DNA of 64,000 nucleotides from Escherichia coli (lineage in GTDB: Bacteria; Pseudomonadota; Gammaproteobacteria; Enterobacterales; Enterobacteriaceae): assembly GCF_030384885.1 (NCBI RefSeq), contig NZ_CP128613.1. One strand, 5' to 3'. How positions within the stretch are numbered: position 1 is the first letter of the stretch; every line of letters starts with the position of its first letter. Under the pieces are notes generated by a model. It searched no databases. It was not told the origin of the DNA and saw only the letters and a list, made by a program, of their open reading frames with translations. Shown here piece by piece: positions 45,948 through 59,004 of the stretch. The translations under genes and the position numbers were made by a program.

Positions 45948-46599
45948 GTTTCAGAATCGGTTAGTGGGTACGATCGTGCTGGTGGCGCTGGGGGTGATTG
46001 TACTTCCAGGGTTGCTGGACGGGCAGAAAAAACATTATCAGGATGAGTTCGCGGCTATCCCGCTGGTGCCAAAAGCGGGCGATCGCGATGAGCCTGATAT
46101 GATGCCAGCCGCCACCCAGGCGCTGCCGACGCAGCCGCCGGAAGGCGCAGCGGAAGAGGTACGGGCAGGTGATGCCGCAGCACCGTCGCTCGATCCGGCC
46201 ACTATTGCAGCCAATAACACCGAGTTTGAACCGGAACCTGCACCGGTCGCTCCACCGAAGCCGAAACCGGTGGAACCGCCTAAACCGAAGGTTGAAGCAG
46301 CACCTGCGCCGAAGCCAGAACCGAAGCCGGTCGTGGAAGAAAAAGCAGCGCCAACGGGTAAAGCTTATGTTGTGCAACTGGGCGCGCTGAAAAATGCCGA
46401 TAAAGTGAATGAGATTGTCGGTAAGCTGCGCGGCGCGGGTTATCGGGTTTATACGTCGCCATCCACGCCGGTGCAGGGTAAAATTACCCGTATTCTGGTT
46501 GGGCCAGATGCCTCGAAAGATAAGCTGAAAGGTTCGCTGGGTGAACTCAAGCAGCTTTCTGGCTTAAGTGGCGTGGTGATGGGCTATACACCGAATTAA
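45937..46599 (+). CDS. dedD: Cell-division protein DedD (SPOR domain)
   Basis: 220 aa assuming GTG start (VASKFQNRLVGT..); Pro/Ala/Lys-rich linker then SPOR domain. Confidence 0.85.
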   Translation: MASKFQNRLVGTIVLVALGVIVLPGLLDGQKKHYQDEFAAIPLVPKAGDRDEPDMMPAATQALPTQPPEGAAEEVRAGDAAAPSLDPATIAANNTEFEPEPAPVAPPKPKPVEPPKPKVEAAPAPKPEPKPVVEEKAAPTGKAYVVQLGALKNADKVNEIVGKLRGAGYRVYTSPSTPVQGKITRILVGPDASKDKLKGSLGELKQLSGLSGVVMGYTPN

Positions 46600-46608
46600 T
46601 ACGGTTTT

Positions 46609-46704
<96 letters not shown>

Positions 46705-46714
46705 GAAAAGTCGA

Positions 46715-46746
46715 TGGCGTTGAATATTTTTTCAGCGCCATTTTTA
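46715..46746 (+). terminator. Probable terminator downstream of dedD
   Basis: TGGCGTTGAA..TTCAGCGCCA stem followed by TTTTTATT. Confidence 0.5.
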
Positions 46747-46770
46747 TTGAAGCGTGGGAAGGAAATCCCT

Positions 46771-46786
46771 ACGCAAACGTTTTCTT
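46771..46786. promoter_or_regulatory. PurR operator (PUR box) of the cvpA-purF operon, with -10 TAGAAT at about 46794..46799
   Basis: ACGCAAACGTTTTCTT matches the PUR box consensus/purF operator. Confidence 0.75.
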
Positions 46787-46842
46787 TTTCTGTTAGAATG
46801 CGCCCCGAACAGGATGACAGGGCGTAAAATCGTGGGACACAT

Positions 46843-47331
46843 ATGGTCTGGATTGATTACGCCATAATCGCGGTGATTGCTTTTTCCTCTCTGGTTAGCC
46901 TGATCCGCGGCTTTGTTCGTGAAGCGTTATCGCTGGTGACATGGGGTTGTGCTTTCTTTGTTGCCAGTCATTACTACACTTACCTGTCAGTCTGGTTTAC
47001 GGGCTTTGAAGACGAACTGGTTCGAAATGGGATTGCCATCGCGGTACTGTTTATCGCTACCCTGATCGTTGGTGCTATCGTGAACTTCGTGATAGGCCAG
47101 TTGGTGGAGAAAACGGGGTTGTCAGGCACCGACCGGGTGCTGGGCGTCTGTTTCGGTGCGTTGCGCGGTGTGTTGATTGTTGCTGCCATTCTCTTCTTTC
47201 TCGACTCCTTTACCGGGGTGTCGAAAAGCGAAGACTGGAGCAAATCACAGCTGATCCCGCAGTTCAGTTTTATCATCAGATGGTTTTTTGATTATCTGCA
47301 AAGCTCGTCAAGTTTCTTGCCCAGAGCGTAA
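46843..47331 (+). CDS. cvpA: Colicin V production membrane protein CvpA
   Basis: 162 aa. Confidence 0.93.
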   Translation: MVWIDYAIIAVIAFSSLVSLIRGFVREALSLVTWGCAFFVASHYYTYLSVWFTGFEDELVRNGIAIAVLFIATLIVGAIVNFVIGQLVEKTGLSGTDRVLGVCFGALRGVLIVAAILFFLDSFTGVSKSEDWSKSQLIPQFSFIIRWFFDYLQSSSSFLPRA

Positions 47332-47367
47332 GTGCTCTGAGATGTGGCTTAACGAGGAAAAAGACGT

Positions 47368-48885
47368 ATGTGCGGTATTGTCGGTATCGCCGGTGTTATG
47401 CCGGTTAACCAGTCGATTTATGATGCCTTAACGGTGCTTCAGCATCGCGGTCAGGATGCCGCCGGCATCATCACCATTGATGCCAATAACTGCTTCCGTT
47501 TGCGTAAAGCGAACGGGCTGGTGAGCGATGTCTTCGAAGCTCGCCATATGCAGCGTTTGCAGGGCAATATGGGCATTGGTCATGTGCGTTACCCCACGGC
47601 TGGTAGCTCCAGCGCCTCTGAAGCGCAGCCGTTTTACGTTAACTCCCCGTATGGCATCACGCTTGCCCACAACGGCAATCTGACCAACGCTCATGAGTTG
47701 CGTAAAAAACTGTTTGAAGAAAAACGCCGCCACATCAACACCACTTCCGACTCGGAAATTCTGCTTAATATCTTCGCCAGCGAGCTGGACAACTTCCGCC
47801 ACTACCCGCTGGAAGCCGACAACATCTTCGCCGCCATCGCCGCTACAAACCGCTTAATCCGCGGTGCGTATGCCTGTGTGGCGATGATTATCGGCCACGG
47901 TATGGTGGCTTTCCGCGATCCTAACGGTATTCGTCCGCTGGTACTGGGGAAACGTGATATCGACGACAATCGCACAGAATATATGGTCGCTTCCGAAAGC
48001 GTTGCGCTCGATACCCTGGGCTTTGATTTCCTGCGTGACGTCGCGCCGGGTGAAGCGATTTACATCACTGAAGAAGGGCAGTTGTTTACCCGTCAGTGCG
48101 CTGACAACCCGGTCAGCAATCCGTGCCTGTTCGAGTATGTTTACTTTGCCCGTCCGGACTCGTTCATCGACAAAATTTCCGTTTACAGCGCGCGTGTGAA
48201 TATGGGCACCAAGCTGGGCGAGAAAATTGCTCGCGAATGGGAAGATCTGGATATCGACGTGGTGATCCCAATTCCGGAAACCTCTTGTGATATCGCGCTG
48301 GAAATCGCGCGTATTCTGGGCAAACCGTACCGCCAGGGCTTTGTGAAAAACCGCTATGTTGGCCGCACCTTCATTATGCCTGGCCAGCAGCTGCGTCGTA
48401 AGTCCGTGCGCCGTAAACTGAACGCCAACCGCGCTGAATTCCGCGATAAAAACGTCCTGCTGGTCGATGACTCCATCGTGCGTGGTACCACTTCTGAGCA
48501 GATTATCGAGATGGCGCGTGAAGCCGGAGCGAAGAAAGTTTACCTCGCTTCTGCGGCACCGGAAATTCGCTTCCCGAACGTTTACGGTATCGATATGCCG
48601 AGCGCCACGGAACTGATCGCTCACGGTCGCGAAGTAGATGAAATTCGCCAGATCATCGGTGCTGACGGGTTGATTTTCCAGGACCTCAACGATTTGATCG
48701 AAGCCGTTCGCGCTGAAAACCCGGATATCCAGCAGTTTGAATGCTCGGTGTTCAACGGCGTCTACGTCACCAAAGATGTTGATCAGGGCTACCTCGATTT
48801 TCTCGATACTTTACGTAATGACGACGCCAAAGCAGTGCAACGTCAGAACGAAGTGGAAAATCTCGAAATGCATAACGAAGGATGA
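47368..48885 (+). CDS. purF: Amidophosphoribosyltransferase
   Basis: 505 aa, MCGIVGI N-terminal nucleophile. Confidence 0.96.
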   Translation: MCGIVGIAGVMPVNQSIYDALTVLQHRGQDAAGIITIDANNCFRLRKANGLVSDVFEARHMQRLQGNMGIGHVRYPTAGSSSASEAQPFYVNSPYGITLAHNGNLTNAHELRKKLFEEKRRHINTTSDSEILLNIFASELDNFRHYPLEADNIFAAIAATNRLIRGAYACVAMIIGHGMVAFRDPNGIRPLVLGKRDIDDNRTEYMVASESVALDTLGFDFLRDVAPGEAIYITEEGQLFTRQCADNPVSNPCLFEYVYFARPDSFIDKISVYSARVNMGTKLGEKIAREWEDLDIDVVIPIPETSCDIALEIARILGKPYRQGFVKNRYVGRTFIMPGQQLRRKSVRRKLNANRAEFRDKNVLLVDDSIVRGTTSEQIIEMAREAGAKKVYLASAAPEIRFPNVYGIDMPSATELIAHGREVDEIRQIIGADGLIFQDLNDLIEAVRAENPDIQQFECSVFNGVYVTKDVDQGYLDFLDTLRNDDAKAVQRQNEVENLEMHNEG

Positions 48886-48979
48886 TGCCTTCGCTCAGGG
48901 TGCCGGTCTGGCACCCTGACTTGCAACTCCCGCCGAAATCCTGCAAAGTCTGCCTGCAAGTCTGACAGGGCAACTATTT

Positions 48980-49549
48980 ATGAAACGACTTATTGTGGGC
49001 ATCAGCGGTGCCAGCGGTGCGATTTATGGCGTGCGTTTATTACAGGTTCTGCGTGATGTCGCAGATGTTGAAACGCATCTGGTAATGAGCCAGGCCGCGC
49101 GCCAGACCTTATCTCTTGAAACGGATTTTTCCCTGCGCGAAGTGCAGGCGTTAGCTGATGTGACGCACGATGCGCGCGATATTGCCGCCACCATCTCTTC
49201 TGGTTCTTTCCAGACGTTGGGGATGGTGATTTTACCCTGTTCAATCAAAACCCTGTCCGGCATTGTGCATAGCTATACGGATAGCTTACTGACCCGTGCG
49301 GCAGATGTGGTGCTGAAAGAGCGTCGCCCGCTGGTGCTCTGCGTGCGTGAAACACCGTTGCACTTAGGCCACCTGCGTTTAATGACTCAGGCGGCAGAAA
49401 TCGGTGCGGTAATTATGCCTCCCGTTCCGGCATTTTATCATCGCCCACAATCCCTTGATGATGTGATAAATCAGACGGTTAACCGTGTACTCGATCAATT
49501 CGCCATAACGCTTCCTGAAGATCTCTTTGCCCGCTGGCAGGGCGCATAA
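48980..49549 (+). CDS. ubiX: Flavin prenyltransferase UbiX
   Basis: 189 aa. Confidence 0.95.
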   Translation: MKRLIVGISGASGAIYGVRLLQVLRDVADVETHLVMSQAARQTLSLETDFSLREVQALADVTHDARDIAATISSGSFQTLGMVILPCSIKTLSGIVHSYTDSLLTRAADVVLKERRPLVLCVRETPLHLGHLRLMTQAAEIGAVIMPPVPAFYHRPQSLDDVINQTVNRVLDQFAITLPEDLFARWQGA

Positions 49550-49730
49550 CCTCATTGTTGCCCTGTTTCAGGGCAATTTTGCAACCGCGATCAAATCCTC
49601 AACATTTTGTTTCTGCCATTCAATCGAAACGCTGCGATTCAACCGCTATACCTGCTATCTTCAACTTCAGGACAATAATGCAACGTCTTGTTAACATATT
49701 TAACGTTGAATGTTACTGTTGTCGTCAAGA

Positions 49731-49746
49731 TGGCATAAGACCTGCA
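49731..49746 (+). promoter_or_regulatory. Sigma54-type promoter upstream of argT
   Basis: TGGCAT-AAGAC-CTGCA fits -24 GG / -12 GC spacing. Confidence 0.55.
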
Positions 49747-49814
49747 TGAACGAGCCTGCAAACACACAACACAATACACAACATAAAAAAAGCCATTTCA
49801 CTTGAGGGTTATGT

Positions 49815-50597
49815 ATGAAGAAGTCGATTCTCGCTCTGTCTTTGTTAGTCGGGATTTCTGCAGCAGCTTCCAGCTACGCGGCGCTGCCGGAGACGGTACG
49901 TATCGGAACGGATACCACCTATGCACCGTTCTCATCGAAAGATGCCAAAGGTGACTTTGTTGGCTTTGATATCGATCTCGGTAACGAGATGTGCAAACGG
50001 ATGCAGGTGAAATGTACCTGGGTTGCCAGTGACTTTGACGCGCTGATCCCCTCACTGAAAGCGAAAAAGATCGACGCCATTATTTCGTCGCTCTCCATTA
50101 CGGATAAACGTCAGCAGGAGATTGCCTTCTCCGACAAACTGTACGCCGCAGACTCTCGTCTGATTGCTGCCAAAGGTTCACCGATTCAGCCAACGCTGGA
50201 TTCACTGAAAGGTAAACATGTTGGTGTGCTGCAGGGATCAACCCAGGAAGCGTATGCCAATGATAACTGGCGTAGCAAAGGCGTGGATGTGGTGGCCTAT
50301 GCTAACCAGGATTTGGTCTATTCCGATCTGGCTGCGGGACGCCTGGATGCCGCTCTGCAAGATGAGGTTGCTGCCAGCGAAGGTTTCCTCAAGCAACCTG
50401 CCGGTAAAGATTTCGCTTTTGCAGGCCCTTCAGTGAAAGACAAAAAATACTTCGGTGACGGCACCGGTGTCGGGCTACGTAAAGATGATGCTGAACTGAC
50501 GGCTGCGTTTAATAAGGCGCTTGGCGAGCTGCGTCAGGACGGTACCTACGACAAGATGGCGAAAAAGTATTTCGACTTTAATGTCTACGGTGACTGA
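49815..50597 (+). CDS. argT: Lysine/arginine/ornithine periplasmic binding protein
   Basis: 260 aa. Confidence 0.95.
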   Translation: MKKSILALSLLVGISAAASSYAALPETVRIGTDTTYAPFSSKDAKGDFVGFDIDLGNEMCKRMQVKCTWVASDFDALIPSLKAKKIDAIISSLSITDKRQQEIAFSDKLYAADSRLIAAKGSPIQPTLDSLKGKHVGVLQGSTQEAYANDNWRSKGVDVVAYANQDLVYSDLAAGRLDAALQDEVAASEGFLKQPAGKDFAFAGPSVKDKKYFGDGTGVGLRKDDAELTAAFNKALGELRQDGTYDKMAKKYFDFNVYGD

Positions 50598-50666
50598 TAC
50601 GTCGCAGGGAAGCTGTACCTGATGGAATGATCATCATGGTGCACGCCAGGTTGTTGCACTATCGTG

Positions 50667-50703
50667 GTGCATTAAAATGCATACTTAAGCATTTTTAATG
50701 AAA
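50667..50703. promoter_or_regulatory. Candidate tandem ARG boxes (ArgR) upstream of hisJ
   Basis: GTGCATTAAAATGCATAC / TAAGCATTTTTAATGAAA, two 18-bp AT-core palindromes; resemblance to ARG box consensus. Confidence 0.45.
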
Positions 50704-50816
50704 AATAATACGTCTAACGGGGCGGGATATTTTGCCTTGATGGTCAATTTTATGGCACGATAAGTGTAACAAACCTGTAAATATTCCCTATAAAAAGACT
50801 GTCAGTTGAGGACATT

Positions 50817-51599
50817 ATGAAAAAACTGGTGCTATCGCTCTCTCTGGTTCTGGCCTTCTCCAGCGCAACGGCGGCGTTTGCTGCGATTCCGCAAAACATC
50901 CGCATCGGTACCGATCCGACCTATGCGCCATTTGAATCAAAAAATTCACAAGGTGAACTGGTTGGCTTCGACATCGATCTGGCGAAGGAGTTGTGCAAAC
51001 GCATCAATACGCAATGTACGTTTGTCGAAAACCCACTGGATGCGTTAATCCCATCCTTAAAAGCGAAGAAGATTGACGCCATCATGTCATCGCTTTCCAT
51101 TACGGAAAAACGTCAGCAAGAAATAGCCTTCACCGACAAACTGTACGCTGCCGACTCTCGTCTGGTAGTGGCGAAAAATTCCGACATTCAGCCGACAGTC
51201 GAGTCGCTGAAAGGCAAGCGCGTAGGCGTATTGCAGGGCACCACCCAGGAGACGTTCGGTAACGAACACTGGGCACCAAAAGGCATTGAAATCGTCTCTT
51301 ATCAGGGGCAGGACAACATTTATTCTGACCTGACTGCCGGACGTATTGATGCCGCATTCCAGGATGAGGTCGCCGCCAGCGAAGGTTTCCTCAAACAACC
51401 CGTTGGTAAAGATTACAAATTCGGTGGCCCGTCTGTTAAAGATGAAAAACTGTTTGGCGTAGGTACCGGCATGGGTCTGCGTAAAGAAGATAACGAATTG
51501 CGCGAGGCACTGAACAAAGCCTTTGCCGAAATGCGCGCTGACGGTACTTACGAGAAATTAGCGAAAAAGTACTTCGATTTTGATGTTTATGGTGGTTAA
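50817..51599 (+). CDS. hisJ: Histidine periplasmic binding protein
   Basis: 260 aa. Confidence 0.95.
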   Translation: MKKLVLSLSLVLAFSSATAAFAAIPQNIRIGTDPTYAPFESKNSQGELVGFDIDLAKELCKRINTQCTFVENPLDALIPSLKAKKIDAIMSSLSITEKRQQEIAFTDKLYAADSRLVVAKNSDIQPTVESLKGKRVGVLQGTTQETFGNEHWAPKGIEIVSYQGQDNIYSDLTAGRIDAAFQDEVAASEGFLKQPVGKDYKFGGPSVKDEKLFGVGTGMGLRKEDNELREALNKAFAEMRADGTYEKLAKKYFDFDVYGG

Positions 51600-51623
51600 T
51601 CGCCATCGGTGAAAGAAAGCCCG

Positions 51624-51647
51624 CTCCCTTCGGGTAACCGGAGGGAG
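51624..51647 (+). other. Intercistronic hisJ-hisQ stem-loop with GTAA loop
   Basis: CTCCCTTCGG-GTAA-CCGGAGGGAG. Confidence 0.5.
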
Positions 51648-51688
51648 ACAAGAGGCGGTAATTCACCACACACGACAGGACAGGCAGC

Positions 51689-52375
51689 ATGTTGTATGGG
51701 TTTTCAGGTGTTATTTTACAGGGTGCGCTCGTCACGCTGGAGCTGGCGATCAGCTCTGTAGTGCTCGCTGTAATCATCGGTTTAATTGGCGCTGGCGGTA
51801 AGCTCTCGCAAAATCGGTTTTCGGGGCTGATTTTCGAAGGGTATACCACGCTGATTCGTGGCGTGCCGGATTTAGTGTTGATGCTGCTGATTTTCTACGG
51901 TTTGCAGATTGCGCTAAACACGGTGACGGAGGCGATGGGCGTCGGGCAGATTGATATCGATCCGATGGTCGCAGGTATTATCACTCTCGGTTTTATCTAC
52001 GGTGCTTACTTCACCGAAACGTTTCGTGGCGCGTTTATGGCAGTGCCAAAAGGGCATATAGAGGCGGCAACGGCGTTCGGTTTTACTCGTGGGCAAGTGT
52101 TTCGGCGGATTATGTTTCCGGCGATGATGCGTTACGCCCTGCCAGGCATTGGCAACAACTGGCAGGTGATCCTCAAATCTACCGCTCTGGTTTCGTTACT
52201 CGGCCTGGAAGATGTGGTCAAAGCCACGCAGCTGGCAGGCAAAAGTACCTGGGAACCGTTCTATTTCGCCATCGTTTGTGGCGTGATTTACCTGGTTTTC
52301 ACCACCGTTTCCAATGGTGTGCTGCTGTTCCTTGAGCGCCGCTACTCCGTGGGTGTGAAGAGGGCTGACCTGTGA
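51689..52375 (+). CDS. hisQ: Histidine/LAO ABC transporter permease HisQ
   Basis: 228 aa. Confidence 0.95.
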   Translation: MLYGFSGVILQGALVTLELAISSVVLAVIIGLIGAGGKLSQNRFSGLIFEGYTTLIRGVPDLVLMLLIFYGLQIALNTVTEAMGVGQIDIDPMVAGIITLGFIYGAYFTETFRGAFMAVPKGHIEAATAFGFTRGQVFRRIMFPAMMRYALPGIGNNWQVILKSTALVSLLGLEDVVKATQLAGKSTWEPFYFAIVCGVIYLVFTTVSNGVLLFLERRYSVGVKRADL

Positions 52376-53088
52376 TCGAAATCTTACATGAATACTGGAA
52401 ACCACTGCTGTGGACCGACGGTTATCGCTTTACTGGCGTGGCGATCACCCTGTGGCTGCTGATTTTGTCGGTAGTGATAGGCGGAGTCCTGGCGCTGTTT
52501 CTGGCGATTGGTCGCGTCTCAAGTAATAAATACATCCAGTTTCCAATCTGGTTATTTACGTATATTTTTCGCGGTACACCGCTGTATGTTCAATTGCTGG
52601 TGTTCTATTCCGGCATGTACACGCTGGAGATTGTTAAGGGTACCGAGTTCCTTAACGCCTTTTTCCGCAGTGGCCTGAATTGTACTGTGCTGGCGCTGAC
52701 GCTTAACACCTGTGCTTACACCACCGAGATTTTTGCCGGAGCAATCCGTTCGGTACCGCACGGAGAAATTGAAGCCGCCAGAGCCTATGGCTTTTCGACC
52801 TTTAAAATGTATCGCTGCATTATTTTGCCTTCAGCGCTGCGTATTGCGTTACCGGCCTACAGCAATGAAGTAATCCTGATGCTGCACTCTACTGCGCTGG
52901 CGTTTACGGCCACGGTGCCGGATCTGCTGAAAATAGCCCGTGATATTAACGCCGCCACGTATCAACCTTTTACCGCTTTCGGTATCGCCGCGGTGCTCTA
53001 TTTAATCATCTCTTATGTCCTGATCAGTCTGTTCCGCAAAGCGGAAAAACGCTGGTTGCAGCATGTGAAACCTTCTTCAACGCACTGA
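52372..53088 (+). CDS. hisM: Histidine/LAO ABC transporter permease HisM
   Basis: 238 aa; 4-bp overlap with hisQ. Confidence 0.95.
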   Translation: MIEILHEYWKPLLWTDGYRFTGVAITLWLLILSVVIGGVLALFLAIGRVSSNKYIQFPIWLFTYIFRGTPLYVQLLVFYSGMYTLEIVKGTEFLNAFFRSGLNCTVLALTLNTCAYTTEIFAGAIRSVPHGEIEAARAYGFSTFKMYRCIILPSALRIALPAYSNEVILMLHSTALAFTATVPDLLKIARDINAATYQPFTAFGIAAVLYLIISYVLISLFRKAEKRWLQHVKPSSTH

Positions 53089-53095
53089 GAATACG

Positions 53096-53869
53096 ATGTC
53101 CGAGAATAAATTAAACGTTATCGATTTGCACAAACGCTACGGCGAACACGAAGTGCTGAAAGGGGTCTCACTGCAAGCGAATGCCGGTGATGTCATAAGT
53201 ATCATCGGATCGTCGGGATCGGGGAAAAGTACCTTTCTGCGCTGCATTAACTTCCTCGAAAAACCGAGCGAAGGATCGATCGTCGTTAACGGCCAGACGA
53301 TCAATCTGGTGCGCGATAAAGACGGTCAACTCAAAGTCGCCGATAAAAATCAGCTGCGCTTACTGCGCACACGCCTGACGATGGTATTCCAGCACTTCAA
53401 TCTCTGGAGCCATATGACGGTGCTGGAAAACGTCATGGAAGCGCCGATTCAGGTGTTAGGCCTGAGCAAGCAGGAAGCGCGCGAGCGGGCGGTGAAGTAT
53501 CTGGCGAAAGTCGGGATAGACGAACGTGCGCAGGGGAAATACCCGGTGCATCTGTCCGGTGGTCAGCAACAGCGTGTTTCTATCGCGCGGGCGCTGGCAA
53601 TGGAACCGGAAGTTCTGCTGTTTGATGAACCTACCTCGGCGCTCGATCCTGAACTGGTAGGCGAAGTGCTGCGTATTATGCAGCAACTGGCAGAAGAGGG
53701 AAAAACCATGGTGGTGGTGACTCACGAAATGGGCTTTGCTCGCCATGTTTCTACTCACGTCATTTTTCTCCATCAGGGGAAAATAGAGGAAGAAGGCGCG
53801 CCGGAGCAGTTATTTGGCAACCCGCAAAGCCCTCGTCTGCAACAGTTCCTTAAGGGATCGCTGAAATAA
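53096..53869 (+). CDS. hisP: Histidine/LAO ABC transporter ATPase HisP
   Basis: 257 aa, Walker [10 protein letters not shown]. Confidence 0.96.
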   Translation: MSENKLNVIDLHKRYGEHEVLKGVSLQANAGDVISIIGSSGSGKSTFLRCINFLEKPSEGSIVVNGQTINLVRDKDGQLKVADKNQLRLLRTRLTMVFQHFNLWSHMTVLENVMEAPIQVLGLSKQEARERAVKYLAKVGIDERAQGKYPVHLSGGQQQRVSIARALAMEPEVLLFDEPTSALDPELVGEVLRIMQQLAEEGKTMVVVTHEMGFARHVSTHVIFLHQGKIEEEGAPEQLFGNPQSPRLQQFLKGSLK

Positions 53870-54064
53870 TTCCCTCTCCGGTGGCTAACGCTGCCGGAGT
53901 ATTTCATGGGGAATTTGCGAGTCCGCTTCCGCTGAAATGTAAAAGTTGCAGTCCGCTAAAAATACTTCTGAATTCGCTGTCCAAAGATAAAAACTGCCTG
54001 CTGCATTGGGTGTAAATCGTGGTTATTGTCGCGTCATCTTAAATTTGAGGGGTGACGGAACGCC

Positions 54065-54955
54065 ATGACAATATCGACAACTTCCACGCCGCATGATGCG
54101 GTATTTAAATCTTTTTTACGCCATCCAGACACCGCGCGGGATTTTATTGATATTCATCTTCCCGCGCCGCTGCGCAAACTGTGTGATTTAACGACGCTCA
54201 AACTGGAACCAAACAGTTTTATTGATGAAGATCTGCGGCAATATTATTCCGACCTCTTGTGGTCTGTGAAAACGCAGGAGGGAGCGGGTTATATTTATGT
54301 GGTGATAGAGCACCAAAGTAAGCCGGAGGAATTAATGGCTTTTCGCATGATGCGCTATTCCATCGCGGCGATGCAAAACCATCTGGATGCAGGCTATAAA
54401 GAGCTTCCATTGGTGATCCCAATGCTGTTTTATCATGGTTGCAGAAGTCCTTATCCTTATTCACTCTGCTGGCTTGATGAATTTGCCGAGCCTGCGATAG
54501 CCCGCAAAATATATTCATCGGCTTTTCCGCTGGTGGATATTACCGTGGTGCCGGATGACGAGATTATGCAACATCGCAAAATGGCGCTGTTGGAGTTAAT
54601 TCAGAAACATATTCGTCAGCGCGATCTGTTGGGATTAGTCGACCAGATTGTTTCGCTGCTAGTTACAGGGAACACTAATGACAGACAGCTAAAAGCCCTG
54701 TTTAATTACGTATTACAAACGGGAGATGCCCAGCGTTTCCGTGCATTTATTGGTGAGATAACAGAACGCGCACCACAAGAAAAGGAGAAACTGATGACCA
54801 TTGCTGACAGATTACGTGAAGAAGGCGCAATGCAGGGCAAACACGAAGAAGCTCTGCGTATTGCTCAGGAGATGCTGGAGAGAGGTTTAGACAGAGAATT
54901 AGTTCTGATGGTGACCCGACTTTCGGCAGACGATCTTATCGCGCAAAGCCACTAA
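54065..54955 (+). CDS. rpnB: Rpn-family recombination-promoting nuclease (transposase-like PD-(D/E)XK), YfcI
   Basis: 296 aa. Confidence 0.85.
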   Translation: MTISTTSTPHDAVFKSFLRHPDTARDFIDIHLPAPLRKLCDLTTLKLEPNSFIDEDLRQYYSDLLWSVKTQEGAGYIYVVIEHQSKPEELMAFRMMRYSIAAMQNHLDAGYKELPLVIPMLFYHGCRSPYPYSLCWLDEFAEPAIARKIYSSAFPLVDITVVPDDEIMQHRKMALLELIQKHIRQRDLLGLVDQIVSLLVTGNTNDRQLKALFNYVLQTGDAQRFRAFIGEITERAPQEKEKLMTIADRLREEGAMQGKHEEALRIAQEMLERGLDRELVLMVTRLSADDLIAQSH

Positions 54956-55002
54956 TCCTGTAACACCGGGAATTAACTGGCGGATGTTTGCAGTACACCA
55001 CA

Positions 55003-55896
55003 TCAGTGAACAACATCCGCCAGCGCCTCTTCTAAATCGTACCAGCGAAACGCAAAACCCGCTTCTTCCAGCCTTTTGGGCAAAGCCCGTTGTCCACCTA
55101 ATACCAGTACTGAAGATTCGCCCATTAACAGCCGAATGGCGGTCGCAGGGACGCGCAAAATGGCCGGACGATGCAGTGCATGACCGAGCGCATGGGCAAA
55201 TTGTTCATTGCGTACCGGGTAGGGCGAAACCATATTAAACGGCCCGCGCAGCTCGTTATCCAGCAGCCAGAGAATACCGTTGACCATATCATCGATATGA
55301 ATCCAGGCCAGATACTGCCGACCGGAGCCAATCGGCCCGCCCAGGCCAAGACGAAACGGCGGCAGCATTTTACCGAGGATCCCGCCGTCCGGTGCCAGCA
55401 CCACGCCGGTACGCAGCAGGCACACACGTGTTTTGTCGCTTTGCGCCCGACAGGCAATCTCTTCCCAACGAGCGCAGAGTTTGTGGGTAAATTCGTTATG
55501 CGGCGGTTCCTCTTCAGTAACCACCACTTCACCTAAGTCGCCATAATAGCCCGTTGCCGAACCGGAAATGAGTACCGACGGCGGCGTGTCGCTGGCATTA
55601 ATCAAATCGACCAGTTTTTGCGTGATATTCCAGCGGCTTTGGCAGAGACGCTCTTTTTGCTCGTGAGTCCAGCGTTTATCAGCAATCGGTTCTCCGGCCA
55701 GGTTGATTACCGCATCAACGCCGTTGAGGTTACTTTGATCGGCAAGCCCTTGCCATAGTGTCACCCGGGGGCCGAGAACGGAACTGGCTTTCTGCGGGTT
55801 ACGCGTCACTACCGTGATTTGATGGCCCAGATCCAGCAAACGCGGAATCAAATGGCGACCAATTAATCCCGTCCCTCCGGTGATCACTATCTTCAT
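55003..55896 (-). CDS. yfcH: NAD-dependent epimerase/dehydratase family protein YfcH
   Basis: 297 aa, GGTGxIG Rossmann motif. Confidence 0.9.
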   Translation of the reverse strand: MKIVITGGTGLIGRHLIPRLLDLGHQITVVTRNPQKASSVLGPRVTLWQGLADQSNLNGVDAVINLAGEPIADKRWTHEQKERLCQSRWNITQKLVDLINASDTPPSVLISGSATGYYGDLGEVVVTEEEPPHNEFTHKLCARWEEIACRAQSDKTRVCLLRTGVVLAPDGGILGKMLPPFRLGLGGPIGSGRQYLAWIHIDDMVNGILWLLDNELRGPFNMVSPYPVRNEQFAHALGHALHRPAILRVPATAIRLLMGESSVLVLGGQRALPKRLEEAGFAFRWYDLEEALADVVH

Positions 55897-55916
55897 GCAG
55901 CCTCCCGATATGGCGG

Positions 55917-56279
55917 TTAACGCTGCCAGCTTAAGGTCATGGATACCGAATCAGCGTAGCGCAGCGCGTGCAGTTTATCGATCTCTACTTCAGCATACGT
56001 TACCCAGTGATGTTCACGTGCGATATCGAGCACATCCTGAGTTAATTTCTCCAGCAAAGAGAAACGGTTATTCTCTACGTGCTGAATAATGTTTTTCGTT
56101 ACGGTGCGATAATTCAGCGCATCGTTGATATCTTCGCTGGTGCGCGCTTTATCGGCGGGGTAGTGGATCGTCACGTTGATAACTATATCCTGACGGTTGT
56201 TAATTTCTTCTTCCTTAATTCCGATAAACGTACGTAAACGAAGGTTCTTTATACGAATAATAGCGGCAGGTTGTGCCAT
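55917..56279 (-). CDS. folX: Dihydroneopterin triphosphate 2'-epimerase
   Basis: 120 aa. Confidence 0.93.
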
Positions 56280-56335
56280 TGCAGGTTCTCCGTTGTTTTA
56301 CTTAGGATTAAATAATACACGAGAACCTGTTTCTG

Positions 56336-57814
<1,479 letters not shown>

Positions 57815-57817
57815 TGA

Positions 57818-58372
57818 GTGATGAAACTGATGTTTGCATCGGACATTCATGGGTCGTTACCGGCGACGGAACGTGTTCTGGAGTTGTTTGCCCAAAGCGG
57901 TGCCCAGTGGCTGGTGATCCTTGGCGACGTGTTGAATCACGGCCCGCGTAATGCTTTACCGGAGGGTTACGCGCCAGCCAAAGTCGCTGAACGGCTTAAT
58001 GACGTGGCACATAAGGTTATCGCTGTGCGCGGCAACTGCGACAGCGAAGTGGATCAAATGCTTTTGCATTTCCCGATAACCGCGCCGTGGCAACAGGTAT
58101 TACTGGAAAAACAACGTCTGTTTTTGACGCATGGTCATCTTTTTGGCCCGGAAAATCTGCCTGCTTTAAACCAGAACGATGTGCTGGTTTACGGTCATAC
58201 CCATCTGCCAGTGGCAGAACAGCGGGGGGAGATATTCCACTTCAACCCCGGCTCGGTGAGTATTCCGAAAGGCGGTAATCCGGCGAGTTATGGCATGCTG
58301 GATAATGACGTACTGAGTGTAATCGCACTCAATGATCAAAGTATCATTGCGCAGGTCGCGATTAATCCGTAA
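57818..58372 (+). CDS. yfcE: Metallophosphoesterase YfcE
   Basis: 184 aa, DIHG motif. Confidence 0.9.
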   Translation: MMKLMFASDIHGSLPATERVLELFAQSGAQWLVILGDVLNHGPRNALPEGYAPAKVAERLNDVAHKVIAVRGNCDSEVDQMLLHFPITAPWQQVLLEKQRLFLTHGHLFGPENLPALNQNDVLVYGHTHLPVAEQRGEIFHFNPGSVSIPKGGNPASYGMLDNDVLSVIALNDQSIIAQVAINP

Positions 58373-58429
58373 TTTACCCACAACTCAAAATGCGCCGTAA
58401 GAGCGCCAGAAAAAGAAGGTTTCCTGATA

Positions 58430-58972
58430 ATGGAACAGCGTCGTTTGGCAAGTACTGAATGGGTGGATATTGTCAATGAAGAGAATGAAGTCATTGCACA
58501 AGCCAGCCGGGAACAAATGCGGGCACAGTGTCTGCGTCATCGTGCAACTTACATCGTCGTGCATGATGGCATGGGCAAAATTCTGGTCCAGCGTCGTACC
58601 GAGACAAAAGACTTTTTACCCGGCATGTTAGATGCGACCGCAGGCGGTGTGGTCCAGGCCGATGAGCAACTGCTGGAGTCCGCGCGTCGCGAAGCGGAAG
58701 AAGAGTTGGGCATTGCCGGTGTCCCCTTTGCCGAGCACGGGCAGTTCTATTTCGAAGATAAAAATTGCCGTGTCTGGGGCGCGTTGTTCAGTTGTGTATC
58801 GCACGGTCCCTTCGCCCTACAGGAAGATGAAGTCAGTGAAGTTTGCTGGCTGACGCCGGAAGAAATCACCGCACGCTGCGATGAGTTCACTCCAGACTCG
58901 CTGAAAGCGCTGGCGTTGTGGATGAAGCGCAATGCCAAAAATGAAGCCGTAGAGACTGAAACGGCAGAATGA
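58430..58972 (+). CDS. yfcD: Nudix hydrolase YfcD
   Basis: 180 aa with Nudix box REAEEELGI. Confidence 0.88.
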
Positions 58973-59004
58973 AAAAAGAGCCGCAATTGCGGCTCTTAAC
59001 ATTT

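Noticed and set aside
50730-50760. Second sigma54-like motif TGGCAC-N5-GTGTA upstream of hisJ
   Set aside because: The -12 element lacks the conserved GC; more likely a chance match.
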